From the NCBI RefSeq assembly GCF_004010195.1, contig NC_057753.1, positions 1,638,023-1,685,408 on the forward strand: a stretch of 47,386 nucleotides of DNA, written 5' to 3'. Numbering within the stretch: position 1 is the stretch's first letter; every line of letters starts with the position of its first letter. The DNA comes from Chiloscyllium plagiosum (taxonomy: Eukaryota). Made by a program: the position numbers and the translations under genes. The notes below the pieces were generated by a model, which saw nothing but the letters and a program-made list of their open reading frames with translations, was not told the DNA's origin and searched no databases. Positions 37,861-47,386 of this stretch are shown here, piece by piece.

Positions 37861-38155
37861 GCCTGTAAAAAGACACGCCTCCAGATCCCAGGTCATCATA
37901 ATATTTTGAGTAAAGATTATATGCAAGATAAAGTTGTCGCAAGCAGACATATTTTGGTTTAACAACGTTTTCCTTCATGAGTCACTTCTTGCCCATTTAA
38001 TTCCATGCATTTCGACGAACAAGTACTGGTACATCTCCAGGGACTGCTGATCACAATACAGGAGACAAAGTAGGAGAAATCAAGAACACAGCCTATTCGG
38101 ACAACATGAGTAAATGAACACAAAAAAAGCAATGTAAAATTGATGATGCTGAAAT

Positions 38156-38614
38156 CAAATGTAATTTTTCTGTGCTTTTAATGTGATCACTATTTAAATG
38201 ATTTATACACAAGTGACAGGGAAAATATGAACAATTTCTTCAGTTGCTGTCTGAATTTACATTGTGTCCCTGCATAAATAAATGGGTTGATGCAGGAACT
38301 CAAAAGCTGAAGCATAAACCCACCTTCTTCAAGAATAAAATTTGATTCATTGTAATTTGAACCTGAGAAATACCTGACGTTCGCAAATGTAATTTTTCTG
38401 TGATTTTAATGTGATCACTATTTAAATGATTTATACACAAGTGACAGGGAAAATATGAACAATTTCTTCAGTTGCTGTCTGAATTTACATTGTGTCCCTG
38501 CATAAATAAATGGGTTGATGCAGGAACTCAAAAGCTGAAGCATAAACCCACCTTCTTCAAGAATAAAATTTGATTCATTGTAATTTGAACCTGAGAAATA
38601 CCTGACGTTCGCAA
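38156..38614. repeat. 228-bp tandem duplication of the 3' end of GPCR copy 3
   Basis: 38156-38383 repeats at 38384-38611 with one mismatch seen; CAA microhomology at the junction. Confidence 0.97.
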
Positions 38615-39325
38615 TTTGTACATTGAGGAACGTCAGGAGAACCAACAAATAGGAGAGGAGGAAACTGCCAGAGATGGCAAAGAGTAAAACAATGGATTTC
38701 TTCCGTTTCTCTATCTCTGGGTCACTTTGATTCTCTGCATTGCTCCTCAACCTGAGTCTCCTGCGAACTCTGCTGGCCAAAACGATGTGCCTGACAGTGA
38801 GGGCATTGAACAGCAAAATCAGAATGAATGGAAGACAAGGGTTTAATATTGCTATTATCCAGTCGAATGCAACCCAACTGCGTGAGGTATAATATATTGA
38901 TTTGGGGCTGCAGTTCCAAGGTACGTTGTTCTTGATAAAGAAAGGCTCGTAAATAAAGTACAAGGGGATGTTTCTGATGCAGCTCAGAATGCAGGTAGTT
39001 GCTGTAACTACAGCCGCGATTTTTTCAGTACAATATTTCATTTTCAGCTTCTGGCAACAAATGGCAATGAATCGATCAAAAGTAAAAGTGACAGTTACCC
39101 AGACAGAAGAATCTCTCACTCCATAGAGTAACGCAAGAGTGGCACTACAGACTGGGGTGATGGACAGAAATGTCATTGGAAAGTAAATGCGCACAATGCG
39201 GTTTATTATTACAGCTGTGATAATGACCAGGAGATCCGTCACCGCCATGGAAATCAGGTAATATGCAATGCATTTGGAAAGACCGCACCTGTCTCTTGAC
39301 AGGATAATAATAACTGAAAGGTTAG
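38418..39325 (-). CDS. GPR139/GPR142-like class A GPCR, copy 3, exon 2 (intact; full protein 325 aa)
   Basis: ORF 38418..39410 trimmed to the conserved acceptor ...ctttcatAG|CTAAC at 39327/39325. DRF, NPCLPF and NPFIY motifs present. Confidence 0.93.
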
Positions 39326-40889
39326 CTATGAAAGAAAAGACATAATGAGTGAATATTGTACATGATATCGATAAGTGTGGATATAGCCTAAGAAAGACAT
39401 GCACAGTCATTTCGCTATGCTCATCTTCGTGAAAGCAATTGCAAAGAGAAAAAAAAGCATGTATTTTGCATTGAAAGTATTCTATTCACCTGCAGAAAAA
39501 CGTCTGATTTGCAGAAAACACATTAGCAATAATCGTGGCAATGAGGATGTATTCTCTGTTTTGACAATTTTAAAAAATAAATCAGGTTTAGGAAATTTAT
39601 TCTATTCCGCTATTGGAAAATTACTACAGAGCAACAAAAGAAAAAGTAAACTGAAACATTGATAAATTGACGAAGCAGAAATATTATGGTAATCAAGGAA
39701 AGTAAACCAATTTTAAAAATACAGAAGGCATTGAGAGTAATGCGTTTCATTTTAACCCTTATACGCAGGAAGGAATAACTTTAAAAGAAAAGAAAACTCG
39801 CTTCTAAATGAAAGACACCTGGGACTGCAACTGATAATGATCTTAAGCTTGTGACAGACAATAGTGCTATAGAAATCTATCTTTCACTCAGTTGGCAATG
39901 TAATCCTGTTTGATTCGAATGAGTTTGGTTTCTGATCCTTCTGCAAGACTTCAGTATAGACTGAGTATTGGACTTCCCAGAGTGTTGCATTTGCGACAAA
40001 ACGACAATAAATGCTAGGTATGAAGAATAGCATTCGAATAGAAAATCTAACTGAACTGTCAGGAAACTACTGTTACTATTCCATCGCAAGCAACAAGCAT
40101 CGCACCATAGTCGAACTACGCAACTTCAACATATGTGCAGATGTAAAACAAGTGACACGTTTGTAATGTGATAATGAATTGACAGTTGCTGTGCTCAAAA
40201 TACTATTGAAATGCAATTCAGCAGTCATCCCACTGAGATAATTCATGGACAGTCACGGTTGTAGGAACACAACAACACAAGTGTTCTGAGTTCTGATGAT
40301 AAAAATAAGTCACTAAAAGGGTGGAAAAATAATTTTACTCATGGAAAATAATTGCACTAACAACGGAAGGAAACTATGTCATTGAAAAGGAAAAATAGCA
40401 GTGTTATTCTAAATTAATATAGAAATTCATGGAAAATATCTTGTTCGTGAAATGGAACATCTATACCCTTTAAAGGAAGCTGAGACTTTCTAACCCATCG
40501 AACGCAAAGTTGCCATATTCTTACTAGACCATAGGGCTGTGGTTTGGCAGAGAGAAAACACCCCTGATGCTTTAACCTGAAGGCCATTCTGCTTCAGGCG
40601 AAATGAGAGGCTGAGAAGAAGAGTCAGTCATGTTAAACGCAGCCAGTGCAGGAATTGAACCAAAAACCACCAGTCAAGCCAACTGCGCTAACTGACTCAT
40701 TCAAAGCTGCATAAACCCAAATAGACAATCCTATTGAAATTTCGCCATGTTATCGGACTGAATATCAAAACGATTGTGAGTTCATCAGGACAACAGAATT
40801 GCTAACCGAGAGAAGGAGTAGCCTGGTATGAGAAAATTAAAGAAGCTATTAAAATTATTTCTGTTCAGAAACTGACGAATATCCTTTAC

Positions 40890-40959
40890 CTGGAAGCCCA
40901 ATAGTTGCTAAGATTGGATAGTAAACATCAAACACGAGCCCTTTTGGCAACCCATGCAT
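40890..40959 (-). CDS. GPCR copy 3, coding exon 1 (MHGLPKGLVFDVYYPILATIGLP+G)
   Basis: ATG at 40959-40957, 70 nt, donor CAG|GTAAAG; 70+908=978 nt in frame. Confidence 0.9.
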
Positions 40960-41010
40960 TTCTGTCTCAGGCAGCAGTTGCTTTCAGCACTACAGCAGAA
41001 GATAGCTACA

Positions 41011-41082
41011 TTTATAACTGATGCCAGACTCTAGGGAAACAATTAATTGCATTGGGCTTCTACAATAATTACTCTAATTGAA
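41011..41082 (-). promoter_or_regulatory. Proximal promoter of copy 3: TATA box and TAAT cluster
   Basis: TATAAA at 41016-41011; AATTAATTG at 41041 and ATAATTACTCTAATTG at about 41065-41080. Confidence 0.6.
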
Positions 41083-42361
41083 ACAAGCAGATAAGAGATT
41101 CTTCTTTCCAGCTCACCTTAAACTTTGATGGAATACAGATTTTATTCATGGACTCTGGCATTACTTTAAAGTGTAGTCTCTCTGGTTTTAAAAAAAAGAA
41201 CTGAAACGCGAAACAGGCCGTTGCAAATTTGCATAAGACTATTTTGCATGAAATACCCTTGTCTCTGAAAAGAAAATTGACCTGAGACCGTCTACTTAAC
41301 AGAATGTGCGGTCACTTTTCCTCTCCTGATTATTATTCCGTCCGTGCAATCAGTGATTTGTTCCAAGGTGCTTTCAAGTTCCTCTGAAAGCGTACAACCA
41401 CTTTAAAGCATCAGTCTGTGTAACGATTATGGGCATGTGCGTTATGTTTCATGCGCGTTCACAGAGTCAGTTACATTTACAAGTACTTCCAGTGCAAACT
41501 GGACCATGTGGTAACCGTTATATTATATTCTCATATGTCAAACACATCTTGATGAGATTGAATTCAACATCCGCTGTTCATATTCAGCAAACGTATTAGA
41601 ATTGATATTTTAGACATTCTGTCTACGTATTTAGCATGGTTAAAGCCTGTTCAATATGATTGCGTTCAGCATAAACTGGTTCAGTGCGTACTATTGTATT
41701 CTGTCCACACAGAATCATATCACTGTGGTTGCCTTCAGTCAGAGAGTTGCGTGGGGGAGGGTGGGGTTAAGTCTATTCATTGAACATACAAGAACTGTTC
41801 CAATTTCACAAGGCCACATGAAGTGCAGGCAGGCTCATTGAGTACTCTCTGATATAAAAGGACAGATCCATGTCCTCCTCAGGTGCATTTAGTCAGAGCT
41901 ACAAGTTGCAGAGGAGCACAATTCATGTCAACGTAGAAAGAAATGTAGCAAAAATAAAAATAAACGTCATTGTGAAAATGTGCAAGTTAATTTGGTTACT
42001 GTACAGTGAAAGGAACTAGTTGTGAATGTTTGCATTCACTTAAGAAAATTCCCATTCATTTCTGAACACAGTTATCTTCAATGTGCACAGCTTCCGTTCA
42101 GCTCAGTTATATGTAACGTGCACATGATCAATTGAGGGCACTTGCTTTTGTTGTGCTAGGTCCACGTCAGCAGCTGATATTCGGCTTTCGTCAAGATGGT
42201 AACATGTTCAGCAGAATGTGAGCTCATTGAGTTTCAAATGGTGAGGCGAAATGTGATAAAATGGCAAGGGTTGATTCCTAGGTTTGCAAGACATCACCAG
42301 AAAATGAGCTGCAGTTTCAAGTGAGTGCCTGAAATAGACCTGGAAAAGATCATGGGAGAGT

Positions 42362-44425
42362 CATAGAACATAAAATATAGAAAAGTATAGCGCAGAACAG
42401 ACCTTTCAGCCTACGATGTTGTGCTGAGGATTAATCCCAATCTAAAATATAATAAACTAACCTCTGCACCCCTCAATTCACTGTTGTCCATTTGCATGTC
42501 CAGCAGTTGCTTAAATGTCCCCAATAACTCTGCTTCCACCACTACCGTTTGCAATGCATTCCATGCGTTCACAGCTCTCCAAATAAAGAACCTACCTCTG
42601 AGGTCTTCTCTATGCCTTGCTCCTAACATCTTAAAATTATGACCCCTCGTGGCAGTCTATCCTGCCCTGGGGAAAAGTCTCTGGTTATCGGGTCTATCGA
42701 TGCCTTGCATTACATTATACACCTCGATCAGGTCACTACTCTTCTTCATTCTCTCCAGAAAGAAAAGGCCGAGCTTAAGTCATTCCCTCAAAGACAAGCC
42801 TTCCAGTCCAGGCAACATCCTGGTGAATCTTCTTCACACCCGCTGCAAAGCCTCTGCATTTTTCCTAATTAGGGCGACCAGAACTGGACACAATATTCCA
42901 AGTGTGGTCTCACCAGAGTTTTGTTGATCTGCAGCAAAGCCTCACGGCTCTTAAATGCGTATCCTCCGTTAATGAAAGCCAAAACACCACACGCTTTCTT
43001 AACAACGTTATCCACTTGCATGGCAAATTTGAGGGGTCAATGCAGGTGAATATCAAGATCCGGCTATTCCACCACACTGCCAAGAATCTTGTCTTTAATC
43101 CTATATTCAGCATTCAAGTTCGACCTTCCAAAACACATCACCACATTTATACAGGTTGAACTCCATCTGTCATTTCTCAGCCCAGCTCTGCATCCTGTCA
43201 ATGTCACGCTGCAGACAGCAACAGCCCTCGACACTATCAACAACCTTTGTGTCATTGGCAAATTCGCTACCCCACCTCTCTACCTCCTCATCCAAGTCAT
43301 TTATTGCAATATAACTTCTAAGAGCAGAGGCCCAATAACAGAGCCCTGCGGGATACCATTCACCACTGACTTCCAGGCTGAACATTTTCCATCTACAACC
43401 ACACTCTGCCTTCTGTCAGCCAACCAATTCAGAACCCAGATAGCCAAATCTCCCCGTATCCCATACCTCCTGACTTTATGCATGAGCCTACCATGGGGAA
43501 CCTTATCAAGTGCCTTGCTGAAGTCCATATGCACCTCATCCATTGCCCGACCTTCGTCAACCTATCTCGTCACTTCCTCAAAGAACTCAATAAGTTTTGG
43601 GTGGCATGACCCACCACTCTCAAAGCCATGCTGACTGCTTTTAATAACCCCATACGTTTCCAAATAATCATAAATCCTATCCCTCAGAATCCTTTTCAAA
43701 GACTTGCTGACAACAAAGTAAGACTGACTGGTCTGTAATTGCCAGGGATTTCCCTATTACCCTTCTTGAAAAGAGAAACAACATCCGCCCCCCCAACCCT
43801 CCAGTCCAACTCCCATGGAGGGTGAGGAGGCAAAGGTCTTCGCCAGTTGCTTAGCAACCTCCTTTCTCGCTTCCAGGAGCAACCTAGGATACATATGGTC
43901 TGGGCCTGGAGAATTACCAATCTTAATGTTTGCCAAAATTTCCAGCACATTAACCTCCTCAATCTCGATCTGTTCAAGCCTGCTTCCGGCTCCTCAAAGT
44001 TCTCATTCACAACAAGGTCCCTTGCCTTAGTGAAAACTGAAGCAAAAATCTCATTTAGGTCTTCGCCCGTCTGCTCTGATTCCACACCACAAGTTCCCTC
44101 TGCTATCCCTGACCAGCCCTGCCTTCTCCCTGATCATTCTCGTATTCCTCATGCATGAGTCAAATGCCTTTGGGATCTCCCTGATCCTTCCCGCCAAACC
44201 TTTTTCATGCCCGAAGTGGCTCTCCTCAGTCCATTTTTGAACTCCTTTCTCGTAAGCCTGAAATCCTGTAAGGGTGTGCTAGATTCCTTTTCTTCCACCT
44301 TATGTAAACTGCCTTCTTCCTTTTGACGAGAAACTCCTTGTTCTCTTCATCCAAAGTTCCTTAATCGGACCCCTTCTTGCCTGTCTCAGAGGAACAACTT
44401 TATGCATCACTCACAACAACTGCTC
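42362..44425 (-). mobile_element. CR1/HER1-type LINE, ORF2 RT region and 3' tail
   Basis: PGNYRPVSLT, VHMDFSKALDKVPH, GIPQGSVIGP, FANDTKV, AVNAWNAL, and a (TTCTATG)-like tail at 42362. Frameshifted. Confidence 0.95.
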
Positions 44426-47154
44426 ATTTTTTATAGATATTTTTATTAGAGATTTAACATTTTTACAAGTTTACAATAATAAACAAAACTCTCAAATACA
44501 AACATTGATATACAATTAAATAAAATATACAATAGCCAAAATTTAACAAAAGAAAAAATACCGAAAAAGGAAAAAAAAACAAAACTCAACTATCTACTAA
44601 TCTAACGTACAACTAACCAGAGTGTATATTTAAGTCTCTTACATGCTCGGAATGTGTTAACATCAAATGTAATAAAACCCGTATTCGCGTGGGATTCCGC
44701 TCCGAAGGGGCCCTGGACCAGCCAGGTTTGTAGTCTCAATTAAATAAAAGCCCTTGTTAGGATAGCCGAAATATCTGTATTTATGTAATTAAAGAAGGGC
44801 TGCCATATTTTATAAAATAATTCGGTCTTTCGGTGCACCATATTTGTAAGGAAGTCAAGGGGAATACATTCCATAATTAATCTGTGCCAATTTGAAAGTC
44901 CAGGGGGGCCCTCAGCCACCCAGTTTACCAAAATATTTTTCCTTGCTCAGAATGCGAGAATAGAAAATAGTCTCTTCCCGTACATGTCCAGGGAGGGAAA
45001 GTTCGAAAAGCCCAAAAGGAGAGATACAGGGTCCACTTTAATTTCCGTTCCTAAAATGTCTGTCAGGGTACTTGCTATTTTAATCCAATATCTACGGATC
45101 TTATGACAGGTCCATAGGCAATGTACAAGAGTGCCCATCTCTATTTTACATTTGGGACACGTTGGAGATGCCCCTGCCTGAAATTTTGCCAAGCGAGGCC
45201 CTATGAAGTATCTTCAGCTGGATAGCCTGGGTTCTGTTACAGATAGTAATTCTTCTAGCGTTTTCCCAAATATCATTCCATGTTTCTATAGAGATTTTGG
45301 AGATGCTCCTGCCTTAAATTTTGCTAATCGAACCGGTGCTGTATGGGCCCTATGAAGTATCTTCAGCTGGATAGCTTGGGTTCTGTTACAGATAGTAATT
45401 CTTCTAGCGTTTTCCCAAATATCATTCCATGTTTCTCTAGAGATTAATCCTGATCCCATGTTTTAAGCAGATTATCCATATCTCCTGATACTTCATCATA
45501 TAGTAAATGATAAATAGTACTGACGGAAGATACCCCCACTGGTCGTAGGACACTACATTCTCTATCTGATTTATGAAGACTATCTAATAACGTAGTCTTC
45601 TTCTGTATATAGTCTCGAATTTGGAAGTATCGAAAGAGGTCTCCATTAGGTAATCCGAATTTCTGACGCAGCTGTTCAAAAGACATCAGGACCCCATCTT
45701 TAAATAGGTCTCCTAGACAGGAGATACCCCTGGATCTCCAGAGTTTAAAAGTGGCATCTGTAAACCCAGGTTGGAATCCCCATGTTCCCACTATCGGTGC
45801 ATAGGGGGATGTTTTATGTGAATTACCCACATTTTGCCGCATTATATTCCAAGCCTTAATTGTGTTTAGTATTATAGGGTTTTTGCAGTGATCTGTAATG
45901 ATTTTCCTCTTGTCTGAAAATAAAAGGTTAATAAGTGGGTATTTTACTTGAGAAGCCTCGATGTGCAACCAGATTGATTGTGGATCAGACAAGACCCAAT
46001 CAGCTATGTAACTTAATAGGGAACTTAACTAATATTTCCTATAATCTGGGAAGTCCAATCCTTCCCTTGCCTGTGGGAGCTGTAGCTTCTTCAGCTTAAT
46101 GAGGGGCCGTCTATGATTCCAGATAAAGGAACCCAGCCAGCCATATAAGTTACGTAGAGCCAGCCTCAGCAGCATCACCGGAAACATTCTCATACGATAT
46201 AGGAGACGGGGCAGGACATTCAGTTTAATTAGTGCTATTCTACCCAACTAGGAAATTGGAAGGTCTCCCCATCGCTGGAGGTCCTGCCTTATCCTTTCCA
46301 GCAAATGCACAAAATTAGCCTTATACAACTGACCAAATACTGGGGTAATAAAAATGCCTAAATATAAGAAGCCCTCCAGGGACCAACGAAAGGGAAAAAG
46401 GGATCCGTCCACTAAGTGGGGTGTCATAGCAAGGCCTCCCATTGGCATAGCCTCCGATTTTGAAAAATTAATTTTATAGCTTGAGAATGCGCTAAATGTA
46501 TTAATAACTTGGATTAGGCAAGGTACGGACATCAGAGTATTACTGAGGAATAGAAGAACATCATCTGCATAAAGGGAAATTTTATGTTTACCTGTGCCAA
46601 TCCTTGGGGCCGTTATATTAGGATCAGCTCGTATAGCTTCTGCTAGTGGTTCAATTATTAGCGTAAATAACAATAGCGAGAGAGGACATCCCTAACGGCA
46701 GCCCCTACCCACATTGAAGCTATCTGAACCTAATCCATTGGTAACCACAACTGCTTTGGGATCACTATACAATGTTGAGACCCATTTGGTAAACACCTGT
46801 CCAACGCCAAACCTTTCCAATGTGTAAAACAAATATGACCATTCAACCCTATCAAATGTCTTTTCCGCGTCTAATGAAACTACTACTCCTGGTATCATTC
46901 CTTGATGACAGGCTTGAATCATATTCAAAACCCTTCTAATATTATTGGATGATCTACGGCCCTTAATAAACCCCGTCTGATCCTCCTTTCTAGTCTCAAT
47001 GCTAACGTTTTAGAAAGGATTTTAGAATCTACATTTAGCAAGGATATTGGTCTATATGACGTACAATCTTCTGGATCCTTTCCTTTTTTAAGGATAAGAG
47101 AGATATTTGCCTCTTTCAGCGAAGGTGGGAGACAGCCCTGACTATATGCATAGT
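44426..47154 (-). mobile_element. L1-clade LINE, ORF2 RT to C-terminal zinc knuckle, with A-rich 3' end
   Basis: SLDAEKTFDRVEW, GCR*GCPLS, KISLYADD, YKINFSKS, YLGIF, GRIALIK, CPKC...HCLWTC, and AATAAA plus an A-rich tail at about 44426-44450. Several stops. Confidence 0.93.
45162..45445. repeat. Internal tandem duplication in the L1 (45162-45296 / 45297-45445)
   Basis: Both copies start ttggagatg and end tagagatt. The first copy has a ~14-bp deletion and several substitutions. Confidence 0.9.
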
Positions 47155-47386
47155 TAAAAACAATGACTGCAGATGCTGGAAACCAGATTCTGGATCAATG
47201 GTGCTGGAAGAGCACAGCGGTTCAGGCAGCATCCGAGGAGCTTCAGCAAAATCGACGTTTCGGGCAAAAGCCCTTCATCAGGAATAAAGGCAGAGAGCCT
47301 GAAGCGAGGAGAGATAATCTAGGGGAGGGTGGGGGTGGGGAGAGAGTAGCATAGAGTACAATGGGTGAGTGGGGGAGGAGATGAAG
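47155..47386 (-). mobile_element. Penelope-like element 3' terminal repeat, running off the window
   Basis: caatgactgcagatgctgga...atcgacgtttcgggcaaaagcccttcatcagg, homologous to 28129-28330. Confidence 0.85.

Noticed and set aside
39326..39410. N-terminal extension (MTVHVFLRLYPH...) of ORF 38418..39410, suggesting a single-exon gene
   Set aside because: It lies upstream of the conserved splice acceptor, is not open in the paralogs, and the true exon 1 is at 40890-40959.
1..47386. CRISPR arrays, operons or other prokaryotic systems
   Set aside because: The sequence is vertebrate (spliceosomal introns, SINEs, LINEs), and no regularly spaced repeat-spacer array was seen.

Overview
Eukaryotic, repeat-rich vertebrate DNA, almost certainly from a shark: it carries HE1-type SINEs, CR1/HER1-type LINEs and shark-type Penelope repeats (bamboo or carpet shark is my guess). 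There is one assembly gap, at 28398-28848. The core of the window is a head-to-tail tandem array of three paralogous two-exon class A (rhodopsin-like) GPCR genes on the minus strand, most similar to GPR139/GPR142. Each has a 70-nt coding exon 1 that the ORF track misses, a phase-1 intron of about 1.56-1.58 kb inside TM1, and a 908-911 nt exon 2. Copies 2 and 3 are intact (326 and 325 aa); copy 1 carries a single nonsense change (Y146*). The genes sit in duplicated units of about 15-17 kb whose non-coding blocks are still alignable. Block order suggests unequal recombination and possibly a lost fourth copy. The rest is mobile DNA: CR1 fragments, SINEs, a Gmr1-like Gypsy element (integrase before RT), two LTRs, an L1-clade LINE, and Penelope-like elements with minimal hammerhead-like cores. 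Several short tandem duplications are present, one of them with a templated insertion.
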